DNA of 64,000 nt from the NCBI GenBank assembly GCA_964403155.1, contig CAYOEG010000001.1, forward strand, positions 21,550-85,549. The letters are read 5' to 3'. Of this stretch, positions 40,462 to 50,559 are shown piece by piece. Numbering within the stretch: position 1 is the stretch's first letter; every line of letters begins with the position of its first letter. The translations under genes were made by a program, and so were the position numbers. This DNA is from an uncultured Candidatus Saccharibacteria bacterium (GTDB taxonomy: Bacteria; Patescibacteriota; Dojkabacteria; SC72). The notes under the pieces are model-generated. The model did not search any database. It was not told the DNA's origin and saw only the letters and a list, made by a program, of their open reading frames with translations.

Positions 40462-40797
40462 ATGAAAGAGCTACTAGAACATATTGTTAAATCCATAGTA
40501 AATCACCCTGAGAACGTTAGTATTGACGAGAAAGAAAGTGTCGATTTTCCTGGACTGACGATCTTAACTATCGATGTTGCAGAGGATGATAAGGGTGTTG
40601 TAATAGGAAGAAAAGGGAGAACTATCAATGCTATTAGAGATCTCATTACTATACATGCAATTAGGAATGACAAGCGTGTAAAAGTTCTCATAAAGGATGA
40701 TAAAGCTGGACATAGAGAACCATCTTCAACAGAAGATAGGGGAGAGGGCACACAACAGCCAGATAACAGTGAGAGCATGCTTTACGACGAAATCTAG
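40462..40797 (+). CDS. KH-domain RNA-binding protein (YlqC-like)
   Basis: VIGRKGRTINAIRDL (the GxxG KH loop) in the conserved position after rpsP. It has an acidic C-terminal extension. Confidence 0.7.
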   Translation: MKELLEHIVKSIVNHPENVSIDEKESVDFPGLTILTIDVAEDDKGVVIGRKGRTINAIRDLITIHAIRNDKRVKVLIKDDKAGHREPSSTEDRGEGTQQPDNSESMLYDEI

Positions 40798-41504
40798 TTC
40801 AACTGAGAAGCTTTACTTTCGAATATTGAGACAATCTCTGGGTAATTCGTGTATGGTTTGAATTCCGAGTATAGACTTACCGTTGTGTTAGACTCTGGTA
40901 CATAATACCCCGTCACAGAGAGACTTACTTTCCAAACACCAGTATCATATGATTCTAATTTAAGGTTTTCTATGGTCAATATATATGGTGAGGCAGAGTA
41001 CAAGCTATCTAAAAAGCTCAATATATTACTTAATTTCCCTTGATATTGTAGTGGTCCACTAACTCCTAGGATATAGTTACCTTCACTGGTCTCCCCCTCT
41101 GCATTAACTTTAATATCACCCGCTGATATCTCTGAAGAATCTAAGTTCTTCTGCGAAGCCAAGTTATCAATGTAGTACATAAAGCTAGATACTTTAAGCG
41201 TATTAGGTATAACTTTTTTTGCATTAACTAAATCTATCTGAAGATTTCCTTCATCCATACTACCAAGTGCATTCTCTAGATCCTTCAACTTTTTCTCCTT
41301 TTCAATAATCTCCGCATGTTCTGCTTGAAATGACATGGCTGATTTAATCATTGGCACAAATACAAATATCCCTAGCAGTGCAAGAATTATTACAACCAAT
41401 ATAGGAATAATAATATCAGAGATCTTTAATTTGGTTTTGTTCAATCTCTCACTTATTGCCGCTATCTCTTTCTTTGTTTTTGATGTGTTATTAATTATTG
41501 CCAT
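40794..41504 (-). CDS. type IV pilus assembly protein PilO-like
   Basis: Single N-terminal TM, a coiled-coil segment, and position downstream of the pilM/pilN-like genes. Confidence 0.45.
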   Translation of the reverse strand: MAIINNTSKTKKEIAAISERLNKTKLKISDIIIPILVVIILALLGIFVFVPMIKSAMSFQAEHAEIIEKEKKLKDLENALGSMDEGNLQIDLVNAKKVIPNTLKVSSFMYYIDNLASQKNLDSSEISAGDIKVNAEGETSEGNYILGVSGPLQYQGKLSNILSFLDSLYSASPYILTIENLKLESYDTGVWKVSLSVTGYYVPESNTTVSLYSEFKPYTNYPEIVSIFESKASQLN

Positions 41505-41508
41505 TTTT

Positions 41509-42186
41509 TTATTGTACAGAACTTAAAAACTCTTCAATAATAAACTTACCTTTAAAAGAGAATCTCACTGAATTCCCATTATTACCAACCGATTGCAATG
41601 CAACACTCTCAACCTTAGGATCACTACTCAGTATATACCAAAATTTCGATACATCTTCCAAATCATTTGCATCACCATCTAAAGAGAAGGCAAGATCATT
41701 ACCTAACGATAATTTACTTATCTCTGCAGATCCACTCCTTGAAGCCAATGCATTAATGTAATCTACAACTTCTTTGGGAGAATATGCTTCCCCTAATGTA
41801 TCTTGGTAAAGTTTAATTCTTTCGGATATCTCACTACTCGATATGATTTTCTGCGATACCTTATTTAATTGAGATTCATAGGTGGCAAGTTTATCTTTCT
41901 CTGTGTTAAGTACCATTTTAGAAACGATATTGAAACCAACGATTAAAATGGAGACGACAACAAGGATCAAAAGGCTAACAATAGATCCAACGTTTAGTTT
42001 TTTCTTCTTTTCAACAACAGCAACTTCCTCTTTTGAAAGGGTAGGTATTAGATTAATACCCTCATCCGCAAGAATATTTTCTGTTACTGGAGCCTGAGAT
42101 TCTACAGGGATATCTTTTTTAGTAGTATCTACTTTCTTCTCAACAGGCTTCTCAATTTTGGGTGTTACCTCTATCGGTTTATTCAT
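41509..42186 (-). CDS. type IV pilus assembly protein PilN-like
   Basis: INLIP motif before a single TM helix. It follows pilM. Confidence 0.55.
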   Translation of the reverse strand: MNKPIEVTPKIEKPVEKKVDTTKKDIPVESQAPVTENILADEGINLIPTLSKEEVAVVEKKKKLNVGSIVSLLILVVVSILIVGFNIVSKMVLNTEKDKLATYESQLNKVSQKIISSSEISERIKLYQDTLGEAYSPKEVVDYINALASRSGSAEISKLSLGNDLAFSLDGDANDLEDVSKFWYILSSDPKVESVALQSVGNNGNSVRFSFKGKFIIEEFLSSVQ

Positions 42187-43210
42187 CTTTTAGTGCCAAA
42201 CCTATTGCAACAGAGTATGAAGGGCCACTTTTTGCAATAATGTCTCTAAATTTATTATCTACATTTATCTCATTCCAAGGATTGGCAATCGTGACATTCA
42301 CGCCAAGGCTCTTTGCAACATATTCCATTAAGCCTGGGAGTAGGGCACCATCACCATTTAAAAGATAATCCATAGGAGCCGCAGACAATGTTTTGTTCTT
42401 GTAGAATTCAATACCTCTTCTAACTTCAACTAGAATAGATTCAACAATAGGGGAAACAACATTATATATCTTCCCTTCCAGAACATTTTGTACAACACCG
42501 TAATTACGTTTGAATTCTTCTGCCCTAGAATATTCAAAATTAAATTTGTTAACTATCGATTGAGTTAAAGAATCTGAACCAATCGCAATACTCTGAGAAA
42601 AGACCAGATATCCTTCTGAAAGGATACTCATATCTGTACTATTAGCACCAAAGTCTAGCATTACCAAATCCTTTTTCTTAGTAGCACGATACATTGCTCT
42701 TCCCATCGCTACAGATTCTGTTTCTATTGCAGAAAGCTCGAGACCTGCACCCGTTGCAATATTTATATATATATCGATAATCTTTCTTGGCGCAGCAACC
42801 AGTAATACTCTTGGTGCGTTCTTCGCTTCGTTAAAGCCAATGGTAATATAGCTAAGCTGGACTTCGTTAAGTGGCATTGGAATATACTGTTTCGCCTCAA
42901 AATATACTGCATCCTTTAATTCCTCCTGTTTAACCCCCGGGAATTCTAAGAATCTCGTAAATACAGAGAATTCTGGGAGTGCCATAACTACAGATCTATT
43001 CCTAATCTTTGAAGAATCGTATAGCTTTTTGAGAACATCTGCTAATTTCGTTTGATCCGCTTTGTCTTCGCTATTTATTACACCTTTTGGCGTAATTTGA
43101 GAGCCGAGATTTTCTAATGCGGGGTTTCCAGAGGAGATATTCTTTAACTCAACTGCCTTAACGGAGTGAGTCCCAAAGTCTATACCTACATGGTCGGACA
43201 GTTTCGCCAT
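42179..43210 (-). CDS. pilM: type IV pilus assembly protein PilM (actin-like ATPase fold)
   Basis: GIDFGTHSVKAVEL N-terminus and an actin-like fold. Gene order pilM-N-O. Confidence 0.8.
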   Translation of the reverse strand: MAKLSDHVGIDFGTHSVKAVELKNISSGNPALENLGSQITPKGVINSEDKADQTKLADVLKKLYDSSKIRNRSVVMALPEFSVFTRFLEFPGVKQEELKDAVYFEAKQYIPMPLNEVQLSYITIGFNEAKNAPRVLLVAAPRKIIDIYINIATGAGLELSAIETESVAMGRAMYRATKKKDLVMLDFGANSTDMSILSEGYLVFSQSIAIGSDSLTQSIVNKFNFEYSRAEEFKRNYGVVQNVLEGKIYNVVSPIVESILVEVRRGIEFYKNKTLSAAPMDYLLNGDGALLPGLMEYVAKSLGVNVTIANPWNEINVDNKFRDIIAKSGPSYSVAIGLALKDE

Positions 43211-43272
43211 TTTGAGCAGTTTATTAAGTTAAAGTTTATATATATTACCAAAAAAGAGATACAACAACAAAG

Positions 43273-43653
43273 CTATTCACCAAGATATTTGTTCAATTCT
43301 TTTATCAAACCTTCGTAATTGATATCTGTTTTTACAAGATATGATGAAGCACCAAGGTCAAATGCTTCTTTTATCACTGCATCACTTGTCATATTTGTTA
43401 AAACAACAACAGGCATTTCACCATATTTGTCAGGAGAAGCCTTCACAGCTCTCAGTACTTCAAGTCCATCAACGCCTGGCATCATCAGATCCAGGAGAAC
43501 AAGTCCTATCATTCCACTTTGCTGGGCTAATGCGTCCAATCCATGGTACCCATCATTTGCAGTTACACAGGTAAACCCTGCATTTTCTACAAGTTCCTTG
43601 TATGAATCAAGTAATTGTTTATCATCTTCCACTATTAATACTGTTTTTGACAT
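43273..43653 (-). CDS. stand-alone response regulator receiver (CheY/PilH-like)
   Basis: LIVEDD, phospho-acceptor LLDLMMPGVDG, T (VVLTNM) and K (SYLVKT) motifs. 126 aa. Confidence 0.8.
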   Translation of the reverse strand: MSKTVLIVEDDKQLLDSYKELVENAGFTCVTANDGYHGLDALAQQSGMIGLVLLDLMMPGVDGLEVLRAVKASPDKYGEMPVVVLTNMTSDAVIKEAFDLGASSYLVKTDINYEGLIKELNKYLGE

Positions 43654-43739
43654 ATTGTTATTATTTATAAATTAGACTGATGACCACATATACAGTATAG
43701 CCAAAATCTCCTGTACATGTTAAGTACCAAAAGAGCAAG

Positions 43740-44435
43740 CTACCAGACAATTCCCTCAGTTGAAACAACTGCTTGTCTATGGACTTCTTTCCTTACGGGA
43801 GCCCCAAAACCAAGATACCACTCGGTCGGTTGTGCGTCTATATCAAATCTTATCATATAGTTTGAATCATCTAGCACCGTGTATGCTATCTCAAATCCAT
43901 CAATATCAACAACCTCTGAATTAAGTGGAATCATATATCCCGTGTATTCCTCATCAAAGCAATTCTGGTGACGACCTGTTAAATCTGCTGCAGTAGTCTT
44001 GACTATGTACCCCACCTCGGAATCTAGAGTAGATGTAAAAAAAGCAATACAAACCCAACTTTCATAACCATACGGCCTAAAATGTATCTCATTTCCTACC
44101 TGATTTTCTCCAAGAGAAGAGCTATATACAGCGGGGAGATTTGCGCCGAATTCATCTATCACCGCATTATCATCAGGATCGTATTTTCTCGCATTGGAGG
44201 AATCATATATATACACATCCGATGGATTAGAATTTCGTACTGTTCTTCGTACAAGTTCCAACACAAATTCACTTTCTGCCCTTACTCTAGTCTTATTACT
44301 CGAAACGGTAGATATCTTTATAAGGGTTGTTAGTGTGACAGAAGCAATAAGCATAACAATTCCTATTATCACAATAGTTAAAAGCATTTCTACAAGACTG
44401 TAGGCTTCATATTTTTTCAAAAGTTTTTTCATCAC
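43740..44435 (-). CDS. type IV pilin-like / pseudopilin (minor pilin)
   Basis: Prepilin N-terminus KKYEAYSLVEMLLTIVIIGIVMLIA. Confidence 0.7.
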   Translation of the reverse strand: MMKKLLKKYEAYSLVEMLLTIVIIGIVMLIASVTLTTLIKISTVSSNKTRVRAESEFVLELVRRTVRNSNPSDVYIYDSSNARKYDPDDNAVIDEFGANLPAVYSSSLGENQVGNEIHFRPYGYESWVCIAFFTSTLDSEVGYIVKTTAADLTGRHQNCFDEEYTGYMIPLNSEVVDIDGFEIAYTVLDDSNYMIRFDIDAQPTEWYLGFGAPVRKEVHRQAVVSTEGIVW

Positions 44436-44962
44436 AGTGTTGCTACTGTAAAGTAAGAATAATCTTTAACCATATTTTTCTTTGTCATTGATCCATCACC
44501 AACTTTAGATTGTCCTACAACAATTTTTATTATTGCGAAACGATTTTCTCCGACATAGCTATTTATACATGCTAATCTAAAAAAATTGTCATCTGTTGGC
44601 ATCTCGGTTTCTACTTTATATGTATCTCTATCTCTCGCTAAATCATATGATATATATTCACCCGACTGATTCTTTCTAAATGAATACACTCCATCTTCCA
44701 CATCCATTACATAACAACCTTCCACATCTGGGAAAACGTCTACTTCTGATATACGTTCCTGTGTCGCTAGATCTTGTACCATTACTCCAGCTTCTACTGC
44801 ATATTGTGTCATTGTATCTATCACCTCATTTTGCATCATCTCTTGGAGCGTTTGTGCTGCAATCTGCATCAACACTACAGATGAGGCACCAACAACCATT
44901 ATAGCGATTAATGCTTCTACAAAACCCATTCCTTCATATTTTTTCTTCGAGAAAATCCTCAT
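44432..44962 (-). CDS. type IV pilin-like protein (minor pilin)
   Basis: KKYEGMGFVEALIAIMVVG N-terminal methylation motif. Confidence 0.7.
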   Translation of the reverse strand: MRIFSKKKYEGMGFVEALIAIMVVGASSVVLMQIAAQTLQEMMQNEVIDTMTQYAVEAGVMVQDLATQERISEVDVFPDVEGCYVMDVEDGVYSFRKNQSGEYISYDLARDRDTYKVETEMPTDDNFFRLACINSYVGENRFAIIKIVVGQSKVGDGSMTKKNMVKDYSYFTVATL

Positions 44963-45708
44963 TTTATACTTTGGGTACTAATTTTACCTGAAAGATTCCC
45001 AATAGATATTATTCTCCTGTTTGCATTACTGTATGGATTAATTGTAATAACAAAGTCATCTGGCTCTTCCACTAAATTTCCCTCAGTATCAAAATTTAAC
45101 AATATCCCCTCTGAATCATAGAAAAACGCTCTCCCCGAGACAGATTCAAATATCACATAACGTGGTTCGTCATTGCCATCTATTGGAGACTTCAATATTT
45201 CAGCTTTTGGAGTAGATGAGGTTTGAGTATATCCACTAAGTATACGTAAAGTAGAAGAGAACGACGACAATTCGCAAACACTACTTGTAGAGATCCCCCC
45301 CGTTATATTCATATATCCATTTTGATCACTTCCTAATGGGGAACCGATATCATAATTGGGGTCATATGCTGGGAGGGAAGATCTCGTTGCGATATTTCCA
45401 TAATCGGAGAAGGGGGAACACCACTTAAATACTTTATATCTCCCATCATCTTGCATATCTCCGAAGTCTATTCCTAGCCCATATACCCATTTTTCATTTG
45501 TGCTTCGTGTAAGAAGCATTGCCGCTCTCTGTACAGACCTAATATCCTGTTCCAAGTTAAGGACATATTCATTTATCTTTACAGTATTCTGTAAACCACC
45601 AAAGGAAGAAAAAGTGATTCCAGCTAAAATCGCAAAAATACCCAATACAATTAGAAGCTCCATGAGTGTATACGCAGGGTATTTATTGGATTCTAATCTA
45701 AACGACAA
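44959..45708 (-). CDS. type IV pilin-like protein (minor pilin)
   Basis: NKYPAYTLMELLIVLGIFAILAGI N-terminus. Confidence 0.7.
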   Translation of the reverse strand: MSFRLESNKYPAYTLMELLIVLGIFAILAGITFSSFGGLQNTVKINEYVLNLEQDIRSVQRAAMLLTRSTNEKWVYGLGIDFGDMQDDGRYKVFKWCSPFSDYGNIATRSSLPAYDPNYDIGSPLGSDQNGYMNITGGISTSSVCELSSFSSTLRILSGYTQTSSTPKAEILKSPIDGNDEPRYVIFESVSGRAFFYDSEGILLNFDTEGNLVEEPDDFVITINPYSNANRRIISIGNLSGKISTQSIK

Positions 45709-45760
45709 GGCAGTAAGTCATCAATTCAACTATTAAATTTAGCATAGAAAGGATATTGTA

Positions 45761-46342
45761 TCAATCATTAAGAGAGAAGCCCTCTTTCGGATACCAATCT
45801 GAATTGTCCATACTTTTCACAATCACAGCTAATGGGTCACCACTTGCTTGGGAATTAATATCACTATCAGTAACAGGAGTTATCTCTGGTAGGATTCCTA
45901 TCCCATCTCCTACACAGTAGAAGCCACGCTCTCCTTCATCATCTATACCTCCGAGGGAGACACAAACAATAACGAACTGTTGATCTATATCATCTACATC
46001 ATAGTAATATGTTGCTTCTGCTCCCCCATCAAAGATACCATCCTCATCTGCATATTCTTTTAGTATGTAGTTATTTTCTGTTCCATTATACCCGAGAGAG
46101 TAGGCGAAGAATTCTCTTTCTATACATCCTGTACAGCTACCAATTCCTGGGTATTTCCCATTGATATTTTTATATTTAATTAAAGAGGAATATAGCGTTC
46201 TAACAGCATTCTTGTGCTTAACATCTTGTGCTTTTTGTATGGCATATCTTGCTACTAACACACCAACTGCCAAAAGAACGATCAGGATCCCCATAACGAT
46301 GAGCATTTCTACGAGTGTAAAAGCTTTGTATCTTTTGGGCAT
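45761..46342 (-). CDS. type IV pilin-like protein
   Basis: MPKRYKAFTLVEMLIVMGILIVLLAV. The ORF extends to 46399 through a GTG, but the internal ATG at 46342 is the likely start. Confidence 0.7.
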   Translation of the reverse strand: MPKRYKAFTLVEMLIVMGILIVLLAVGVLVARYAIQKAQDVKHKNAVRTLYSSLIKYKNINGKYPGIGSCTGCIEREFFAYSLGYNGTENNYILKEYADEDGIFDGGAEATYYYDVDDIDQQFVIVCVSLGGIDDEGERGFYCVGDGIGILPEITPVTDSDINSQASGDPLAVIVKSMDNSDWYPKEGFSLND

Positions 46343-46355
46343 GTTTTGTGTTTTC

Positions 46356-47099
46356 TTACAACTGGAGTAATTTAATAATATACCAGAATATGGTATCACC
46401 GTACATTAATGATAGAAGATATGCTATTGAAAGGAATGGTACCATTGGGATTTTAGCTTTCTTGAGTTCAGTATTCGTAAGTGCAATATATCCTAAAGAA
46501 AAGAGAAGGGCAATTATTATTGATAGCCAGAAGAATACAATCGCTTGTTTCCAAGTTATCAAAACTCCGAGTCCTAAGATAACAAGTATGTCACCAATTC
46601 CAAACGATTTTTTAAAGAGATTTATCAAAAGAAGAAATACTGCTATTGCTAATGGAAAATATATATTTGATAGCTGGAAGTTGAATAAAAAGATTATGAT
46701 ACAAAATGCTAAAAATACATGTGTCACATCCTGTGGAATTGCCATCTCTTTTACATCAAAGAAACAGAGTATGAATAGGAATATTATGATTACGTATGTA
46801 AATGCTGGAAGAGAGTAGGCATAGACTGCTAAGAATGATAACCCTAATAGGAATTCTGATATTGGGTAATAGATATTAACAACGGTCTTACAATATTTAC
46901 ATTTTCCTTTGTTAATAATAAATCCAAGTACAGGTATAAGATCTATCCAAGAGAGTGAATGTTTACATTTCTCACAATGAGATCCTTTCACTAATATCTC
47001 CGGATATTTGTATTCGTTATCGATACGGTACAGCGTAGCATTAATAAAGCTCGCTAGTACTGTACCTAAGATAAAAAAGAATATATACATCATGATCAT
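46356..47099 (-). CDS. pilD: prepilin peptidase (A24 family)
   Basis: N-terminal Cys pairs (CEKCKH .. CKYCK) plus a polytopic membrane domain. The ORF extends to 47141 into the terminator hairpin, so the start is likely near 47099. Confidence 0.75.
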   Translation of the reverse strand: MIMMYIFFFILGTVLASFINATLYRIDNEYKYPEILVKGSHCEKCKHSLSWIDLIPVLGFIINKGKCKYCKTVVNIYYPISEFLLGLSFLAVYAYSLPAFTYVIIIFLFILCFFDVKEMAIPQDVTHVFLAFCIIIFLFNFQLSNIYFPLAIAVFLLLINLFKKSFGIGDILVILGLGVLITWKQAIVFFWLSIIIALLFSLGYIALTNTELKKAKIPMVPFLSIAYLLSLMYGDTIFWYIIKLLQL

Positions 47100-47124
47100 A
47101 GTTCCATTATATACTGTCAGAAGA

Positions 47125-47155
47125 AATAAAAAACCCCTCAAAAGAGGGGTTTTAA
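47125..47155 (-). terminator. intrinsic (bidirectional-looking) terminator after the major pilin gene
   Basis: AACCCCTC-aaaa-GAGGGGTT hairpin flanked by an A-run and a T-run. Confidence 0.7.
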
Positions 47156-47174
47156 AGACTAAATAATCCAGAGA

Positions 47175-47729
47175 TTACTCCCACGCTTTTCCATCCCAAT
47201 CTGCACTTGCATTCGCAGTATCTGTAATGATCGTGTTATAAATACCTGCTTCACTATAAGGAATTGTTTTCTCTGTTACAGCACCACCCAACAATAGGGT
47301 ATCATTAAATCCATTTCCATTACAGTATAAACCTCTCTCTTTCTCATCATCTCCACCACCAAGCGTCACACAAACTAATACAGATTGTTGCTGCGTACCT
47401 TCCACATAGTAGTAGAATGTAGCTTCAGTCCCACCATTGAAAGTACCCTGATCCATATAATCATATAATGCACCTGTTTCAGCTAACATACCAGAGAGTG
47501 TACAAGCGGCGGATGAACATTCTGCTGTACCTGGGAATTCTCTATTATCAGTATAATATGCCTGCAGAGCAGTATACGCCTGATCAACAGCATTCTGGTG
47601 AGCAACATCATTAGCTCTATTGATAGCAAATCTACCAGCAGTAATACCAACAGCCATCAAGATAATAAGGATACCCATAACGATAAGCATTTCTACTAAC
47701 GTGAATGCCTCATAGAGATTCTTTCTCAT
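47175..47729 (-). CDS. type IV pilin (candidate major pilin)
   Basis: MRKNLYEAFTLVEMLIVMGILIILMAVG. It has its own terminator. The longer ORF to 47846 is unlikely to be real. Confidence 0.7.
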   Translation of the reverse strand: MRKNLYEAFTLVEMLIVMGILIILMAVGITAGRFAINRANDVAHQNAVDQAYTALQAYYTDNREFPGTAECSSAACTLSGMLAETGALYDYMDQGTFNGGTEATFYYYVEGTQQQSVLVCVTLGGGDDEKERGLYCNGNGFNDTLLLGGAVTEKTIPYSEAGIYNTIITDTANASADWDGKAWE

Positions 47730-47802
47730 GTTTATAACAGACAGTTTTAATTTAACTAAATAAAGATTACATAACTTTAGATACCTTGTCAATGACTCTT
47801 TT

Positions 47803-49014
47803 TTAGCCGATTGCCGAAGAGAGTTGGAACATTGGCATATATACACCTAAAGCTATAAATCCTATTGCTAGACCCATTATTATAAGAAATACAGGTTCTA
47901 AAATTGACGCCATATTTGTAGTAGCAACATCAACCTCTTCTTTGTAATACTGAGATACTTTTGTTAATACTGCATCTATCTCACCTGTTTCTTCACCAAC
48001 AGCAATCATGCTACTCACAAGAAGAGGAAAATACTCACTTCTAGCAATTGGAAGTGCCAATGCGCCACCTTTTTCTACCTCAGATTTGGCTTCCATTACA
48101 GTATCCCTAAAAATAGAATTGCTCAAAGATAAACCAGTAAGCTCAAGTGCCTTAATAATAGAAAGACCACTACCTAAGAGTAATGCAAGGATTCTTGTAA
48201 ACTGCGCCAATTGCATCTTAGTAACTATCATGCCAACCACTGGTATCTTTAAAACAAGTTTGTCGAAATTTCTTTTTCCTTTTTCAGAATCAAGATAAAA
48301 CTTTCCTCCAATTATTAAAACTGCTAGAACAACCAATATCGCCCACCAATAATGGATGAAGAAATCACTCATGCTCATCAGAATCTTGGTTACAGCAGGA
48401 AGTTCTGCATCAAAATCGCCATAAATAGTTGCCATAGATGGGACCAATACCATCATCATTAATATTACAACGGCAACAATGACTACTAAGATAATAGTAG
48501 GGTAGATCATTGCAGATTTCAGCTTGCTCTTTAAGCTGTTCTTTTCCTCCAACTCAGTAGCCAATCTTTCCAAAATAGTTTCTAAATTACCACTTTCTTC
48601 ACCAGCTTCAATAAGATTTAATGTCACTTCATCGAAAATTTCTTCCTGTGAACGAAATGAATTAGATAAAGATTTCCCCGATTGCACAGACAAGAGAACA
48701 TCTTTAAGCACTCTTCTGAACATAGGGTTTTCTGTCTGCTGAGTCATTATCTCCAAAGCTCTTGAAAGAGGAAGTCCAGCGCCAACCATAGTAGACATCT
48801 GTCTCATGAAGATAACTTTTTCTTTCATTGGAACACCACCAATATTCACCTCAGACAATCTCTCAAGATTCAATCCCATTGATTCTTTAACAGAAACAAC
48901 AATCAAACCTCTATCATGAAGGATATCTGCAACTGAATCATAATCTTTTGCCTCTAAATTACCTAAGACGATTTTTCCTTGTTGATCTCTTGCAGAATAT
49001 TTAAATTTCTTCAT
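47803..49014 (-). CDS. pilC: type IV pilus platform protein PilC (GspF family)
   Basis: Two T2SS-F repeats and three TM helices. Confidence 0.85.
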   Translation of the reverse strand: MKKFKYSARDQQGKIVLGNLEAKDYDSVADILHDRGLIVVSVKESMGLNLERLSEVNIGGVPMKEKVIFMRQMSTMVGAGLPLSRALEIMTQQTENPMFRRVLKDVLLSVQSGKSLSNSFRSQEEIFDEVTLNLIEAGEESGNLETILERLATELEEKNSLKSKLKSAMIYPTIILVVIVAVVILMMMVLVPSMATIYGDFDAELPAVTKILMSMSDFFIHYWWAILVVLAVLIIGGKFYLDSEKGKRNFDKLVLKIPVVGMIVTKMQLAQFTRILALLLGSGLSIIKALELTGLSLSNSIFRDTVMEAKSEVEKGGALALPIARSEYFPLLVSSMIAVGEETGEIDAVLTKVSQYYKEEVDVATTNMASILEPVFLIIMGLAIGFIALGVYMPMFQLSSAIG

Positions 49015-49015
49015 A

Positions 49016-50536
49016 CTAACTCTTTAATAATCTTAAAACTTCCTCTGGGAATACAGCATATTCCTGTGCTTTTTGTACAGAAATTACGCCTTCTCTAACC
49101 AAATTCACCAAAGATTTTTCTAAAGATACCATACCAATATCTGAGCTTGTTCTAATGACATTATCTATCTGGTTGGTTTTACCTTCCCGTATTAGATTGC
49201 CAACAGCAGAGTTCTTTAACATAATTTCTGATACTGCTCTTCTTCCACCTTTATCCAGGGGCAGTAGTCTTTGTGCTACAACCGCTTCCAAAATATTTGC
49301 CAACTGCGCTCGAACCTGTGGTTGCTGGTTTTCTGGGAATACATCAATTACACGATCAATTGTCTGAGAAGCACTATTTGTATGCAATGTAGCAAATACC
49401 AAATGCCCCGTTTCAGCAAGAGTGATAGTTGCGGAGATGGTCTCGTAATCTCTCATTTCTCCCACAAGTAGAACATCAGGATCTTGTCTCAGAGCACTTC
49501 TCAATGCTATTTCCCAAGAGTGAGTATCATCATTCATCTCTCTTTGATCTATAAGCGATTTCTTCCCCTCAAACACGTATTCAATAGGGTCTTCTATTGT
49601 TACTAGGTGACAGAATCTTGTCCTGTTTATATCTTCTAGAATACTTGCCAAAGTAGTACTTTTTCCATGGCCTGTAGGTCCTGTTACCAATACCAAACCT
49701 TGCTTTAATTTCGCAAATTGATGGTACATCTGAGGTAGCATCAATTCTTCTATTGTCCTTATCCTTGATGGAATCAATCTCAATGCTGCGCATAGATTCT
49801 TCATAGAATAGAACGCATTGACTCTGAAACGTGCATTAACTGCTCCCTGATATGTATATGCAAAATCTATCTCTCTATTAACTTCCAATAACTCTTTCTT
49901 CTCATCATTTAACACAGAGAATATTAATTCCTCGGCATCTTCAGGATTAAGGATTCTATCACCAACCTCTTCTAATTCACCATCTATCCTGATGATTGGG
50001 GGATAACCTGCAGCGATATGCAAATCTGATGCATTTCTATTGATAGTTAAACTCAACAGGTCTTCCATTCGATACTTACCATCATTGGTTCCATTAATCG
50101 AATAGTTATTAGTGCTAGTATTAGACATTCCATCTTTCAAGGTATCAGCCACATCATTTACCTTAACAGGGGCAGCAAGATTACTTTCCTTTGGTGCTCG
50201 CTCCATAGCCTTCGGTTTTTTGAAATCAGGCATGATCTCCTCTAGACTCCCAGCGGATCTTCCTAAAGAACTAGATGTCATAGTTGATGATGGTATAGGG
50301 GCAGGGGCATCTGGAATTATGCCTGCATCTACTGTAGGAACTTTTTCCTCGAGATTTGGCAATGGCGTGGGTTGAGCGGTGTATGATTTTTCATCATTAT
50401 TTATCTCGTCAATCTTTTGAGCCAATTTTGCGATATCATCATTTGGGTTAGTAGGAGTAATAGTACTTGGGCTAGGCATACTTGTATACCCGAATTTCAC
50501 GCTATTATCTTGTACTGGGGCAGTATTATTATCCAT
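49016..50536 (-). CDS. pilT: twitching motility ATPase PilT with ~160-aa low-complexity N-terminal extension
   Basis: Walker A GPTGHGKSTT, and the Asp box and His box of PilT. The N-terminal extension is rich in P/S/T/N. Confidence 0.85.
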   Translation of the reverse strand: MDNNTAPVQDNSVKFGYTSMPSPSTITPTNPNDDIAKLAQKIDEINNDEKSYTAQPTPLPNLEEKVPTVDAGIIPDAPAPIPSSTMTSSSLGRSAGSLEEIMPDFKKPKAMERAPKESNLAAPVKVNDVADTLKDGMSNTSTNNYSINGTNDGKYRMEDLLSLTINRNASDLHIAAGYPPIIRIDGELEEVGDRILNPEDAEELIFSVLNDEKKELLEVNREIDFAYTYQGAVNARFRVNAFYSMKNLCAALRLIPSRIRTIEELMLPQMYHQFAKLKQGLVLVTGPTGHGKSTTLASILEDINRTRFCHLVTIEDPIEYVFEGKKSLIDQREMNDDTHSWEIALRSALRQDPDVLLVGEMRDYETISATITLAETGHLVFATLHTNSASQTIDRVIDVFPENQQPQVRAQLANILEAVVAQRLLPLDKGGRRAVSEIMLKNSAVGNLIREGKTNQIDNVIRTSSDIGMVSLEKSLVNLVREGVISVQKAQEYAVFPEEVLRLLKS

Positions 50537-50559
50537 TCTTTATATGTTATATCAAAAAT

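Noticed and set aside
47730-47846. Extended N-terminus of the major pilin ORF (start at 47846) overlapping pilC
   Set aside because: The extension (MYICQCSNSLRQ..) precedes the canonical prepilin leader and overlaps the pilC 3' end. The internal ATG at 47729 gives a normal short leader.
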